Shown piece after piece: positions 17,929-28,572 of a stretch of 64,000 nt of DNA (positions within the stretch are counted from its first letter, which is position 1; the number at the start of each line of letters is the position of its first letter). Under the pieces are notes generated by a model. The model saw only the letters and a program-made list of their open reading frames with translations, ran no database searches and was not told the origin of the DNA. The position numbers were made by a program, and so were the translations under genes. The stretch is from positions 28,007-92,006 of the forward strand of contig JBDRCN010000051.1 of assembly GCA_043821705.1 (NCBI GenBank). Reading direction: 5' to 3'. This stretch comes from Candidatus Omnitrophota bacterium. Lineage in GTDB: Bacteria; Omnitrophota; Gorgyraeia; Gorgyraeales; Gorgyraeaceae.

Positions 17929-19193
17929 AAAAGACGTTTTCTATTATTAGCCTGGGATGTCCTAGAAATCTTGTAGATTCAGAGTATATTGCGAATGAAT
18001 TTAAAGAAAAAGGATTTGATCTAAAGGACGAAGCTGGCAAGGCTCATACAGTGATCATAAATACCTGTAGTTTTATAGAAGACGCAAAAGTAGAGTCTAT
18101 AGATACTATATTAAAGGTGATCGATGCTAAGAAAAAAGGCGATGTAAAGCGGATCATCGTAGCGGGATGCCTTCCTGAAAGATACAGCAAAAAGCTAAAA
18201 AAAGAATTTAAAGAGATAGATGAGTTTAGAGGTGTTTTAGACTTTAAAGCTACGTTTAAGGATAAAGACAGGACCACGCTCACCCCGAGTTACTATTCCT
18301 ATTTAAAGATATCAGAAGGTTGTAAAAATAGATGTACATACTGCATCATCCCTTACCTTAAAGGCCCATACACGAGCAGGCCTATTGGACCAGCAGTAGA
18401 AGAGGCCAGAGGACTTTTTAAAAAAAATATCAAAGAGATCATCTTGGTAGGCCAGGATACTTCTTTATACGGTAGTGACCTGTATGGTAAGAAGAGGCTG
18501 GCTGAGCTTCTTAAGAAAATAGATGATATTACTGACGGAAAATGGGTAAGGCTTTTATATTGCCACCCAAAGAATCTAGGCAGAGATGTTCTCCAGATCA
18601 TAAAGAACAGCAAGAATATCTGTAAATATATTGATCTTCCGATAGAGCATATAAGCAGTAATATATTGAAGAGAATGGGGAGGAAGATAAAAAAGAGCAA
18701 AATAGTGGCTTTGATCAAACGCATACGGGATATTATCCCAGGCGTAGCACTAAGGACCTCTTTTATCGTGGGATTTCCAGGAGAGACTGGAGAGGATTTT
18801 AGGGAGTTAGTGGAATTTATGAAAGATGTGAAGTTCGAGAGGCTGGGGATCTTTAAATATTCCAGAGAAGAAGGGACACCTGCGTATAAATATAAAGGCC
18901 AGATATCTGAAAAAATAAAAGAAGAGCGTTTTAAGGAAGCTATGCTCATCCAGCAAGAGGTCTCCAGAGAAGTGAATAGAGGTTTTATGGGTAGAGTAAT
19001 GGATGTACTCATAGAAGAAGAGAAGGATGGGGCTTTTGTGGGCAGGACTGAGTATGATGCGCCAGAAGTGGATGGGGTTGTTTATATTAATTCTAAGGAT
19101 AAAAAATTAGATATTGGAAATTTTTACAAAGCACGTATAATAGATACATACGAGTATGATCTAGTGGGAGAACTATATGAACCTACCGAATAA
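17925..19193 (+). CDS. rimO: Ribosomal protein S12 methylthiotransferase RimO (MiaB-family radical SAM)
   Basis: It has an N-terminal SLGCPRNLVDSE motif, a CxxxCxxC radical-SAM motif (CKNRCTYC) and a C-terminal TRAM domain. Confidence 0.8.
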   Translation: MKKTFSIISLGCPRNLVDSEYIANEFKEKGFDLKDEAGKAHTVIINTCSFIEDAKVESIDTILKVIDAKKKGDVKRIIVAGCLPERYSKKLKKEFKEIDEFRGVLDFKATFKDKDRTTLTPSYYSYLKISEGCKNRCTYCIIPYLKGPYTSRPIGPAVEEARGLFKKNIKEIILVGQDTSLYGSDLYGKKRLAELLKKIDDITDGKWVRLLYCHPKNLGRDVLQIIKNSKNICKYIDLPIEHISSNILKRMGRKIKKSKIVALIKRIRDIIPGVALRTSFIVGFPGETGEDFRELVEFMKDVKFERLGIFKYSREEGTPAYKYKGQISEKIKEERFKEAMLIQQEVSREVNRGFMGRVMDVLIEEEKDGAFVGRTEYDAPEVDGVVYINSKDKKLDIGNFYKARIIDTYEYDLVGELYEPTE

Positions 19194-19743
19194 ATTAACT
19201 GTGTCTAGAATAGTAATGGCAGTATTTTTTATATTTTTCTTGTTTGTGAGAGGTGTCGGCGCTAAATTTACTGCATTAGCGCTTTTTACAGCAGCGTGCA
19301 TCACTGATTATTATGACGGATTTATAGCCAGGAAATACAATCTGGTCACAAGCTTCGGTAAACTTATGGACCCTATTGCGGACAAGATACTTATCCTGGG
19401 AGCGTTTCTCTCGTTCGTCGAGATGAAGATCGTTCCTGCATGGATGGTTATAATAATCATCTCAAGAGAACTGGTCATCACAGGTATAAGGATCTTGGCT
19501 CTCAGCCAGAAAAAAGTGCTTCAGGCTGAAGTAGCAGGTAAGCATAAGACTATATCACAGATGGCAGCAGTGATATCAATATTGATATTTTTGGTCATAA
19601 GGGATTCTGGTTTTGCATTTCGCTATATTATGCTGTACACAAAGGCTGTATATTTATTGATGCTCATAACAGTGGGGATGACGCTTGCTTCAGGTATGGC
19701 ATTTATGATCAGGAATAAGTCAATATTCCTAGGAGAGAAATGA
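19177..19743 (+). CDS. pgsA: CDP-diacylglycerol--glycerol-3-phosphate 3-phosphatidyltransferase
   Basis: CDP-alcohol phosphatidyltransferase motif DYYDGFIARKYN...GKLMDPIADK. Confidence 0.85.
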   Translation: MNLPNKLTVSRIVMAVFFIFFLFVRGVGAKFTALALFTAACITDYYDGFIARKYNLVTSFGKLMDPIADKILILGAFLSFVEMKIVPAWMVIIIISRELVITGIRILALSQKKVLQAEVAGKHKTISQMAAVISILIFLVIRDSGFAFRYIMLYTKAVYLLMLITVGMTLASGMAFMIRNKSIFLGEK

Positions 19744-20186
19744 AGAGATTCTCGAAGGCGATCACTACAGTGTTTGGTATCGGATATACTCCTATTGCCT
19801 CTGGCACTGTTGGGAGTTTCGCAGCATTAATTTTATACTATTTTGTTAAAGAGAATATTTTTATTCAAGTAAGTATCATAGTCATAGGTATATTTTTAGG
19901 TTTTTTGACCATACCTCAGGTAGAAAAGGAGACAGGAAGAAAAGACCCGAGCATAATCGTGCTTGATGAAGTCATAGGCATGTTTATAGCGCTGTTCTTA
20001 TTGCCAGGGACATTTGGTTATATGATAGCTGGTTTTTTCTTATTCCGCTTATTTGATATCTTAAAACCCTTCCCAGGCCGCAGATTAGAAAAGATCCCAG
20101 GGACTATAGGCGTAATAGGAGATGACGTGATAGCTGGTATATACGCTAATCTTATTCTCCACCTCTTCCACTACCTATTTAAGTAG
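19740..20186 (+). CDS. pgpA: Phosphatidylglycerophosphatase A
   Basis: FGIGYTPIASGTVGS motif. It overlaps pgsA by 4 nt. Confidence 0.8.
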   Translation: MKRFSKAITTVFGIGYTPIASGTVGSFAALILYYFVKENIFIQVSIIVIGIFLGFLTIPQVEKETGRKDPSIIVLDEVIGMFIALFLLPGTFGYMIAGFFLFRLFDILKPFPGRRLEKIPGTIGVIGDDVIAGIYANLILHLFHYLFK

Positions 20187-20741
20187 ATGAGTAGAGAGCG
20201 GTGTGTATACTGCGCCTTTTTGAGTGAGAGTGCTTTGGTAGAGGATGATCTTATCCATTCTAACAGGTGTTTCCAGGCCTAACTTTAATCCTTCAATTAA
20301 ATTTTGAAGTTCTTCAATGTTTTTAAGGGATCTTACTCTGCCTAAGGTAAGGTGAGGCCTGAAATCGCGATTTTCTTTTTGAAACCCCAGCCTAACCAGC
20401 CTTTCTTCAATGGCCAGAGCAAGAGATATTAAACAATCCCCGCCTTCTTTTAAACCTATCCATATTACCCTGGGTTTGCTTAGATCAGGGAAACCACCTA
20501 TAGCGGATAATCTAATATTAAAGCAAGATGGATCTCTCAAGATATCGTTAAGCTCGCTGGATATATGTTTTATTTCATCCCGCTCCACGTTACCCAGAAA
20601 CTTCAATGTAAAGTGGATGTTTTCTGTAGGGATCCATTTTACATCAGCATTGGATTTTTTTAAATGCGTCACGAGAAGAGAAAGTCTTTCTTTTGTGAGT
20701 GGGTCGAGCTCGCAGGCAATAAAACTTCTTATAGCGTTCAT
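20175..20741 (-). CDS. thpR: RNA 2',3'-cyclic phosphodiesterase (2H family, LigT/ThpR)
   Basis: Two H-x-T-x motifs (HFTLKF, HLTLGR). 188 aa. Confidence 0.75.
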   Translation of the reverse strand: MNAIRSFIACELDPLTKERLSLLVTHLKKSNADVKWIPTENIHFTLKFLGNVERDEIKHISSELNDILRDPSCFNIRLSAIGGFPDLSKPRVIWIGLKEGGDCLISLALAIEERLVRLGFQKENRDFRPHLTLGRVRSLKNIEELQNLIEGLKLGLETPVRMDKIILYQSTLTQKGAVYTPLSTHLLK

Positions 20742-21976
20742 AGAGCTTTTCTTATCAAATCAAGCGCTACTTGGCTGGCTTTATGCTTTATGATCTCTCG
20801 CTGGCCAAGAAAGCCATATTTTTTACATATAGTCTTATTTTTAGTAGATAGAGTAATGTAAACCAATCCTACTGGTTTCTTCTTAGTGCCTCCTCCAGGA
20901 CCAGCAATGCCGCTTATTCCTATGCCAATATCAGCTCCAGAGATCTTGCGTATGTTTTTTGCCATAAGAGAGGCCACTTCTTTTGAAACAGCGCCGTGTT
21001 TATCTATAATAGAGAGAGGAATACCTAAGACCTTGCTCTTTGAAGCATTGCTATAGGTAACTGTACCAAGTATAAAATATTTAGAGCTACCAGGGACGTT
21101 GGTGATCCTGTTGGCCAATAGCCCACCTGTACAAGATTCAGCTAAAGAGATAGTTTTTTTCTTTTTTAAAAGGAGATTACCCGCTACTTCTTCAAGCAAT
21201 TCACTGTCATAACCAAATATGTAGTTTCCCATGCGCTTATTTATCTTTTTTTCTATTCTTTTGATAAGCTTATTGGCTAAGGTTGGGTTTTTTTCAGTTG
21301 CAGTGATCTTTACGATGATCTCTTCCGGGTGAGGGTATATGCCCATCTCCACTTTCCCAGAAAGCTTTAATATATCCTCTAATTTTTCATTTACTCTTGA
21401 CTCTGGAAGGCCTGTCATCTTTATAGCGCGAGATTTAATGATGTGGCCAGTCTTGAAATTCTTTTTTATATAGGTACTGACGGGCCCTTCCATCATAGAT
21501 ATCATCTCAAATGGTACGCCAGGTAGGGCTATGACTACTTTTTTATCCATAGGGACTATTAGGCCAGGGGCAGTTCCTATGTTATTTAGTATATATTTTG
21601 CACCTTTTGGTACGAGGGCCTGACGCATATTGTTTTTAGGCATTTTTAAATATCGTTTTTTAAAATGCTTCTCTATATGTCTTGTGACTCTGACATTAAA
21701 TATAAGTTCTTTATCTAATGCTTTTGAAAGAGCTTCGACAGTTATATCATCTACAGTAGGACCAAGGCCACCAGTGATTATTACAATATCAGAATGGTAC
21801 AAGGACCTGACTATTGAAATAGCTATGGTTTCAGTGTTGTCAGGTATAGATAGATGCTTTATGGTTTTGATCCCTATCTTAGAAAGGGAGCTTGAGATAA
21901 ACTGGGCATTAGTGTTAGCAATGTGGCCCAACATTATCTCATTGCCTATGCATATAACAGTAGCCTTATTATCCAT
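20738..21976 (-). CDS. cinA: Competence/damage-inducible protein CinA (MoCF-binding + CinA C-terminal domains)
   Basis: 412 aa. N-terminal ATVICIGNEIMLGHIANTN and a C-terminal CinA domain. Confidence 0.85.
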   Translation of the reverse strand: MDNKATVICIGNEIMLGHIANTNAQFISSSLSKIGIKTIKHLSIPDNTETIAISIVRSLYHSDIVIITGGLGPTVDDITVEALSKALDKELIFNVRVTRHIEKHFKKRYLKMPKNNMRQALVPKGAKYILNNIGTAPGLIVPMDKKVVIALPGVPFEMISMMEGPVSTYIKKNFKTGHIIKSRAIKMTGLPESRVNEKLEDILKLSGKVEMGIYPHPEEIIVKITATEKNPTLANKLIKRIEKKINKRMGNYIFGYDSELLEEVAGNLLLKKKKTISLAESCTGGLLANRITNVPGSSKYFILGTVTYSNASKSKVLGIPLSIIDKHGAVSKEVASLMAKNIRKISGADIGIGISGIAGPGGGTKKKPVGLVYITLSTKNKTICKKYGFLGQREIIKHKASQVALDLIRKAL

Positions 21977-22027
21977 AACTCCTATTATAAGTAAGTTTCA
22001 TAATTTTGGCAAGCTTTTCTAGCGCCA

Positions 22028-22055
22028 CCTCCGCAGACCCCGGGTCTGCGGAAGG
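22028..22055. repeat. REP-like GC-rich palindrome CCTCCGCAGACCCCGGGTCTGCGGAAGG (copy 1)
   Basis: Near-perfect palindrome. The same sequence recurs at 22141, 22862 and 40956. Confidence 0.85.
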
Positions 22056-22140
22056 GCAGCCTATTTGTATTTTTTTAAAGATTTTTTGAAAGAAATTGAC
22101 CCCCTCCTGTGTCTAATATAGTGTAAAAGCTTTCTAAAGA

Positions 22141-22169
22141 CCTCCGCAGACCCCGGGTCTGCGGAAGGG
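22141..22169. repeat. REP-like palindrome (copy 2)
   Basis: cctccgcagaccccgggtctgcggaaggg. Confidence 0.85.
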
Positions 22170-22204
22170 TTAAGTGTTTTTAATTCATAAAAAAGGAGGA
22201 TAAA

Positions 22205-22855
22205 ATGTTGCGTAATCCCATTATTCAAACAGGTGCTACTTATCATATTTATAGCAAGAGCATAGCGGGTTATAAAATATTTAATAGTGAGTCTGAATAT
22301 TTGCGAATGAAGGAGCTTATGGTATATTACCTGGCAGATAAAAGACAGATTAGTTTTTCTAAGTTTAAAGAAAAAAATGCAGAGATTTTATTAGGAAATG
22401 TGTCGAGCAAAGGAAATCTTGTGCAAATAATATGTTATTGCCTTATGCCTACGCATATCCACTTAACACTTACCCAGTTAGCGGATAAAGGTATATCCAA
22501 ATTTATTGGCAATATTCTTAGCAGCTACTCCCACTATTTTAATTTAAAACACAACAGGAAAGGGCCATTGTGGGAAGGGAGGTTTAAAGGTGGCTTAGTA
22601 AAAACTGATGAACAGCTTCTTCATCTAACGCGTTATATTCACTTAAATCCTGTTTCCGCATATCTAGTTGACAAGCCAGGAGATTGGAAATACTCTTCCT
22701 ACAAGGAATATATTTCGAAAGAACATTGCAAAAGCAGTTTATGTAACTATGATAATGTGTTAGACATCCAGCCTATTTTATATAAAAAATTTGTAGAAGA
22801 TAGGATTTCCTATCAAAGAGAGTTAGTCAAGATAAAGGCTTTAATATTTGACTAG
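22205..22855 (+). mobile_element. REP-associated tyrosine transposase (RAYT; IS200/IS605-like HUH Y1 transposase)
   Basis: 216 aa with an HIHL HUH motif (CYCLMPTHIHLTL) and a YHIY region. It is flanked upstream and downstream by the REP palindromes. Confidence 0.8.
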
Positions 22856-22861
22856 GCATTG

Positions 22862-22888
22862 CCTCCGCAGACCCCGGGTCTGCGGAGG
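22862..22888. repeat. REP-like palindrome (copy 3)
   Basis: cctccgcagaccccgggtctgcggagg, immediately 3' of the RAYT gene. Confidence 0.85.
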
Positions 22889-23031
22889 TGGTGTGGAGCT
22901 AGGTGGGTTAAGAAAGGGGGTATTATGGATATATATAGCATTTATATATAAATTACTTTACATTATATAGGGCGGGATGTATAATCTAAAAATAATCTAC
23001 TTGCCTAGCAGCAAGCAAAAAGGAGGAAGCC

Positions 23032-24069
23032 ATGGTAAAGAAACAGGAGAAGATGACCCAATCAATGAGTGATGAAAAATTAAAAGCATTAAACACAGCA
23101 GTAACGCAAATAGAAAAGCAATTCGGAAAAGGCTCTATAATGAAACTCGGGAAAGACACGAACTTTGATGTAGATGCCATATCTACGGGCTCACTCTCAT
23201 TAGACATAGCCTTAGGCGTAGGAGGAGTGCCTAGAGGCAGGGTGGTAGAGATATTTGGCCCTGAATCTGGAGGAAAGACCACGCTTACGCTCAGTATTAT
23301 TTCACAAGTTCAAAAGCTAGGTGGTGTAGCAGCATTTATAGATGCCGAACATGCATTAGATCCTTCGTATGCTAAAAAACTTGGCGTAGAACTCGATGAT
23401 CTTCTGATCTCCCAGCCAGACACAGGAGAACAGGCGCTTGATATAGCAGAGATGCTCGTTAGAAGCAATGCAGTGGACCTGATAGTGATAGATTCTGTTG
23501 CAGCGCTCGTTCCTAAAGCTGAAATAGAAGGAGATATGGGCGATAGGCACATAGGGCTTCAGGCCAGACTTATGTCACAGGCACTTAGGAAGCTGACGGC
23601 TATCATATCTAAGACAAATACCTGTGTTATTTTTATCAATCAGATAAGAGAGAAGATAGGTGTTATGTTCGGCAGCCCTGAGACCACCACAGGCGGAAGA
23701 GCCTTGAAATTCTATGCATCAGTAAGAATAGATCTAAGGAGGATAGGCTCTTTGAAGGCAGGCGAGAATGTGATCGGCGCTAGATGCAGGGCAAAGGTCG
23801 TGAAGAACAAGGTCGCGCCTCCTTTTAAAAAAGCTGAATTTGATATCATGCATGATGAAGGTATATCAAAGGCAGGCAGTATCCTGGACCTAGGCGTTGA
23901 AACAGGCATATTGGAAAAAACTGGCTCATGGCTGACTTATAACAGTGATAAGCTTGGCCAAGGGAGAGAGTCAGCAAGGGAGTTCCTAAGGAACAATGCC
24001 CAGGTAAGCAATGAGATAGTAAAAAAGATCAAGGATACTTTATTATCGAAATCCCCGGCTAAAAAATAA
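23032..24069 (+). CDS. recA: Recombinase RecA
   Basis: 345 aa. Walker [13 protein letters not shown] and conserved RecA sequence throughout. A TTACAT-16-TATAAT promoter is at ~22959-22986. Confidence 0.95.
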   Translation: MVKKQEKMTQSMSDEKLKALNTAVTQIEKQFGKGSIMKLGKDTNFDVDAISTGSLSLDIALGVGGVPRGRVVEIFGPESGGKTTLTLSIISQVQKLGGVAAFIDAEHALDPSYAKKLGVELDDLLISQPDTGEQALDIAEMLVRSNAVDLIVIDSVAALVPKAEIEGDMGDRHIGLQARLMSQALRKLTAIISKTNTCVIFINQIREKIGVMFGSPETTTGGRALKFYASVRIDLRRIGSLKAGENVIGARCRAKVVKNKVAPPFKKAEFDIMHDEGISKAGSILDLGVETGILEKTGSWLTYNSDKLGQGRESAREFLRNNAQVSNEIVKKIKDTLLSKSPAKK

Positions 24070-24108
24070 AATATTTTACAATAGCCTTACAGCATATCTT
24101 ATCCAACT

Positions 24109-26694
24109 ATGAGAGTTGACAAAATACGCGATAGATTTTTAAGATTTTTTAAGGAACGTAGGCATACTATCCATCCAAGCGATTCCCTAGTCCCCTCTAA
24201 TGATCCGACTCTGCTTTTTACCGGAGCTGGCATGAACCAGTTCAAGGATGAATTTTTAGGCAGGGTAAAGGGTTCTAGAAGAGCTGCTACTTGCCAGAAG
24301 TGTATCCGCACAGGAGATCTTGAAAATGTCGGGAAGACAGCAGGGCACCATACGTTTTTTGAGATGCTTGGGAATTTTTCATTTGGGGATTATTTTAAGA
24401 AAGAAGCGATCGAGTGGGCATGGGAATTTCTTACCAAGGACCTTGGCCTAAAAGAAAAAGATCTTTGGGTCTCAGTATACAAAGATGATAAAGAAGCATA
24501 TGATATATGGAAAAATGCCATCAAGGTCCCAGAGGAAAAGATATTAAAGCTAGGCCCAAAGGATAATTTTTGGCCTGCGAATGCACCAGAAGATGGTCCG
24601 AACGGCCCATGCGGCCCTTGTAGCGAGATATTTTACGGCGGTGAAGACGGAGTCGAGATATGGAACCTGGTATTTACTCAATTCGATAGAAAAGATGACG
24701 GTAAGCTAGACCCTCTACTGAATAAAAACATAGATACTGGTATGGGGCTTGAGAGGATCGCCCGAGTGATGCAAGGCAAGAAGAATAATTTCGAGATAGA
24801 TTCATTCGCGCCTATCGTAAACATAATAAAAGATCTTTCAATAGAAGCTAGCAAAAAAGCGCCAAAAGAAAACCTTACTCCTCACATCAATGCAATAGCT
24901 GATCACATAAGAGCATCGACTTTTGCAATAAGTGATGGGGTCCTGCCTTCGAACGAAGGAAGAGGTTATGTGATAAGAAAGCTGATACGAAGGGCGTTTT
25001 GGTATGGGAGAGGGCTAGGACTGGAAGAACCATTTTTATACAGGACAGTTCCAGTGATCGCTAATGTAATGGAAAAGCCGTATCCTGAGATAAAAAAACA
25101 CAGAGAAGATATCTCTCAGGTAGTACAGGCTGAGGAAGATAGGTTTAAAGCTACTCTTGAGGAAGGCCTTGATAATCTCGAGGATATTATAAAAAGAGCA
25201 AAGTCTTCTAAAAAGTTTTCAGGAAGAGATGCATTCAAGTTATATGACACTTATGGATTTCCACTGGAGCTTACTAAGGAGATCATATTAGAAAGAGGCA
25301 TGAAGCTTGATGAAAAAGAGTTTGAGGCTTGCATGGAAGAGCAGAGGGAAAAATCCCGCGAGTCCAGCAAGATAAAAGAAGCTATCTTTGATTCTATAAA
25401 TGTTACAGATAAGATAAAGATCGCTGTAAGCAAATTCCACAAAGACAATCATGAACTGGAATCCAAGATAGTCGCTATCATATCCAAGGACAAGGAAGTA
25501 AAGGAACTTAAAAAAGGTGAAAAAGGAAGCTTGTTCTTTGAAGAGACGCCTTTTTATGGTGAAAAAGGAGGCCAGGTAGGAGACAGCGGCACTATATTAA
25601 AAGCTAATAAGACAGTAGCAGAGGTCAAGCTCGCATTAGATATAGTAGGTCGAACCAAGCATGAGATATTAGTAAAAGAAGGCGATTTGAAGCTCGGGGA
25701 AAAGGTTGTTCTCAAAGTGGACTTAGAAAGGCGCGAGAAGATAAAGAAAAATCACACTGCCACGCATCTTCTTCATCATGCATTAAGAAAGGTACTGGGA
25801 GAACATGTAAAACAAGCTGGCTCATTAGTAGCGCCAGATAGATTGAGATTTGATTTCACTCATTTTAAAGCTCTTTCAAATGAGGAGCTTGTGAGGATAG
25901 AAGAGCTCGTTAATGAGAATATTAAAAAGAAATCCCCTGTAGAGACCAATGTGATGGCCATAGACAAAGCTAAAAAAGAAGGCGCGATCGCCTTGTTCGG
26001 AGAAAAATATAGCGATGAAGTAAGGATGGTGAATGTCGGAGGCTACAGTAAGGAGCTATGTGGTGGTACTCATGTAAAAGATACAAGGGAGATAAAGTGC
26101 TTTAAGATCCTATCAGAGTCATCCATTGCAAGTGGCGTAAGGAGGATAGAAGCTGTTACTAGCGATGAAGCACTGGAGAAGATAAAAGAGAAGAACGCTA
26201 TAATAGAAGAGATCGCTAGCATCTTAGATGTTAAGCCAGAATATATTGAAGAGACAATAGAAAAATATTCTGATGGGATGAAAAAAATAGAAAAAGAGCT
26301 GGAGACCGTAAGTCAAAGGTTGGTCCAGGTCAATATAGATGATATATTAAAACACAAAAAAGACATCTCAGGACATGCAGTTATTATTTCAGAGATAAAA
26401 AATGCTGACATGAATCTTTTAAGAAAGACAGGAGATGTAATAAAATCCAGAGTAAAGGACCCGGTCTTCATACTGGTCTCAGAAAAAGATGAGAAGATCT
26501 CTTTGATAGTAGGGCTTTCATCAAAGGACATAAAAGCAGGTGATATATTAAATAAGATCGGTTCAGATTTTGGGATAAGAGGTGGCGGCAGGCCAGACCT
26601 GGCTCAGGCTGGAGGCAAGTCCGGACCAGATATAAATAAGATATTAAAAAAAGCAGAAGAGGTAATCCATGAAAATCTTAAGACTATCAAGTAA
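24109..26694 (+). CDS. alaS: Alanine--tRNA ligase
   Basis: 861 aa with the class II AlaRS catalytic core, the editing-domain HxxxH (HTATHLLHHAL) and a C-terminal DHHA1. Confidence 0.95.
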   Translation: MRVDKIRDRFLRFFKERRHTIHPSDSLVPSNDPTLLFTGAGMNQFKDEFLGRVKGSRRAATCQKCIRTGDLENVGKTAGHHTFFEMLGNFSFGDYFKKEAIEWAWEFLTKDLGLKEKDLWVSVYKDDKEAYDIWKNAIKVPEEKILKLGPKDNFWPANAPEDGPNGPCGPCSEIFYGGEDGVEIWNLVFTQFDRKDDGKLDPLLNKNIDTGMGLERIARVMQGKKNNFEIDSFAPIVNIIKDLSIEASKKAPKENLTPHINAIADHIRASTFAISDGVLPSNEGRGYVIRKLIRRAFWYGRGLGLEEPFLYRTVPVIANVMEKPYPEIKKHREDISQVVQAEEDRFKATLEEGLDNLEDIIKRAKSSKKFSGRDAFKLYDTYGFPLELTKEIILERGMKLDEKEFEACMEEQREKSRESSKIKEAIFDSINVTDKIKIAVSKFHKDNHELESKIVAIISKDKEVKELKKGEKGSLFFEETPFYGEKGGQVGDSGTILKANKTVAEVKLALDIVGRTKHEILVKEGDLKLGEKVVLKVDLERREKIKKNHTATHLLHHALRKVLGEHVKQAGSLVAPDRLRFDFTHFKALSNEELVRIEELVNENIKKKSPVETNVMAIDKAKKEGAIALFGEKYSDEVRMVNVGGYSKELCGGTHVKDTREIKCFKILSESSIASGVRRIEAVTSDEALEKIKEKNAIIEEIASILDVKPEYIEETIEKYSDGMKKIEKELETVSQRLVQVNIDDILKHKKDISGHAVIISEIKNADMNLLRKTGDVIKSRVKDPVFILVSEKDEKISLIVGLSSKDIKAGDILNKIGSDFGIRGGGRPDLAQAGGKSGPDINKILKKAEEVIHENLKTIK

Positions 26695-27889
26695 AGAAAT
26701 ACAAAAACTATGCGAGAGGTACTATTCCAACAAGAAGCGCCTGACAAATAAAGTGCAGAACATTGTCTCTGATGTCAGGGATAATGGGGATAAGGCGCTT
26801 TTAAGGTATACGCGTAAATTCGATAAAGTAAAACTTGCTCCTAAGGACTTAAAGGTGAGCGCGAATGAGATAAATGGTTCTTACCAGAACATTGACACTG
26901 ATTTTATAGCCAGCTTAAAGAATATCATCGATAATATAGAAAAATTCCACAAGAAACAACTGCCAAAAGCCTGGAAAATAAAACAATCTGAAGGAGTGGT
27001 GCTCGGTGAGATATTCAGGCCTATAGAGACTGTGGGCGTCTATGTACCAGCAGGCACAGCTCCTCTAGTGTCCAGTGTGTATATGTCAGTCCTCCCAGCA
27101 AAGATAGCTGGTGTAAAAAGGATAGTGCTTGCAACACCTCCAAATAAGCAAGGCTATGTAGACCCTCATATCTTAGCAGTAGCAAACTTGCTAAAAGTAG
27201 ATGAGGTGTACAAGATGGGTGGCGCCCAGGCAATAGCAGCTCTTGCATTTGGCACTAAGACTGTTCCTAAAGTGGATAAGATAGTTGGCCCAGGCAATGA
27301 CTATGTGACAGAGGCTAAGAGGCAGGTATTTGGTTATGTAGATATTGATATGCTGGCTGGCCCGAGCGAGGTCGTGGTGCTGGCAAATAACATCTCTGAT
27401 AAAGAATATGTAAAACAAGACCTATTGGCGCAGAGAGAACATCTAAAAGGTACTGGGATATTGGTCACAACATCCAAAAAATTCGCCAAGGCAATGAAAA
27501 AAGAAATAGATAAAGGCTACATTGTCTTAGCCAAGAACCTGAGTCAAGCAGCAGAGGTCATAAACAGGATCGCTCCAGAACATCTTGAGATATTTATCAA
27601 TAGGCCAGACAGGGCTATTAAGCTCATAAATAATGCAGGCGCTATTTTTATAGGGCCTTATTCACCAGTCTGCGTAGGAGATTATGTGGCAGGGCCATCA
27701 CACGTGCTTCCTACAGGAGGAACAGCAAGGTTTTTCTCAGGTCTCAATGTAAGGAGTTTTCTTAAGAGCTCTCACACCATAACATATTCTAAGAAAGCGC
27801 TTGAAAAAGAAAAAAAGGCCATTGAAAAGATGACGAAGATAGAAGGCCTTACAAAACATTTAGAATCGTATCACGTTAGGTTTAAGTAA
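26669..27889 (+). CDS. hisD: Histidinol dehydrogenase
   Basis: 406 aa with the AGPSEVVVLAN motif. It overlaps the alaS 3' end by 26 nt. Confidence 0.75.
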   Translation: MKILRLSSKEIQKLCERYYSNKKRLTNKVQNIVSDVRDNGDKALLRYTRKFDKVKLAPKDLKVSANEINGSYQNIDTDFIASLKNIIDNIEKFHKKQLPKAWKIKQSEGVVLGEIFRPIETVGVYVPAGTAPLVSSVYMSVLPAKIAGVKRIVLATPPNKQGYVDPHILAVANLLKVDEVYKMGGAQAIAALAFGTKTVPKVDKIVGPGNDYVTEAKRQVFGYVDIDMLAGPSEVVVLANNISDKEYVKQDLLAQREHLKGTGILVTTSKKFAKAMKKEIDKGYIVLAKNLSQAAEVINRIAPEHLEIFINRPDRAIKLINNAGAIFIGPYSPVCVGDYVAGPSHVLPTGGTARFFSGLNVRSFLKSSHTITYSKKALEKEKKAIEKMTKIEGLTKHLESYHVRFK

Positions 27890-27912
27890 CCGTAAATCGT
27901 GATCCGTAATTC

Positions 27913-28572
27913 GTGATCCGTAAGATGAAAATAATAGATATTGGATTGAAAAAATATAGAGAAGCATATGAATTTCAACTTGAGCTAGTGGAAAAGGTGT
28001 CAAGGGGCCTAGAGCCGGATACGCTGATAATAACAGAGCATTACCCAATTATAACTTTAGGTCGACGCAGCAAGCTAGAGAATATTTTAGCATCAGAAGA
28101 AGAGTTGAATAATTTGGGGATAGAAGTGTTAAAGATCGATAGAGGCGGAGATGTCACGTATCACGGGCCAGGGCAGCTCGTAGCATATCCGATCATGAAG
28201 CTGGAGAATGAAGCGAAGGACATACATATATTCTTGGATTACCTAGAAGAAGTAGGGCTGGATTTTTTATCCAGATACAATGTGTCTGGTAGCAAGAAGT
28301 CAGGTTATAGAGGTGTTTGGGTAGGAGAACAGAAGATCGCTTCTATAGGAATAGGCGTGAAAAAATGGGTCACTTATCATGGTATAGCAATAAACATAAA
28401 TACCAGGCTAAAAGATTTTTCACTTATAACACCTTGCGGCATAAAAGATATTGGGATGACCAGCCTAGAAAAAGTGCTGGGCAAAAGGATCGACATTGAT
28501 CATGCAAAAGACAGACTCGTCTCCTCGTTCAAAGAGGTTTCCTTATTGGCTAAGGCAGACGCTTATAAATAA
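27913..28572 (+). CDS. lipB: Octanoyltransferase (lipoyl(octanoyl) transferase)
   Basis: RGGDVTYHGPGQLVAYPI motif. Confidence 0.85.
   Translation: MIRKMKIIDIGLKKYREAYEFQLELVEKVSRGLEPDTLIITEHYPIITLGRRSKLENILASEEELNNLGIEVLKIDRGGDVTYHGPGQLVAYPIMKLENEAKDIHIFLDYLEEVGLDFLSRYNVSGSKKSGYRGVWVGEQKIASIGIGVKKWVTYHGIAININTRLKDFSLITPCGIKDIGMTSLEKVLGKRIDIDHAKDRLVSSFKEVSLLAKADAYK

Noticed and set aside
18353-19012. 219-aa minus-strand ORF inside rimO
   Set aside because: It is antisense to a well-supported radical-SAM gene. The protein is hydrophobic and low-complexity with no recognisable domain.
20195-20245. GAGTGAGAGTGCT, identical to the right half of the groES CIRCE element
   Set aside because: There is no matching left half-site. 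It lies inside the thpR coding sequence on the opposite strand, so it is probably coincidental.
22061-22246. 61-aa minus-strand ORF between cinA and the RAYT
   Set aside because: It overlaps the REP palindromes and the RAYT RBS, so it is an artefact of the repeats.
22990-23031. Possible SOS/LexA operator upstream of recA (CTTGC-N6-GCAAG)
   Set aside because: It does not match either the CTGT-N8-ACAG or the CGAACRNRYGTTYC consensus. It is only a 5-bp inverted repeat, so it is not reported as a LexA box.
28317-28499. 60-aa ORF inside lipB in another frame
   Set aside because: It lies entirely within the lipB coding sequence. It is Arg/Lys-rich junk with no start context.
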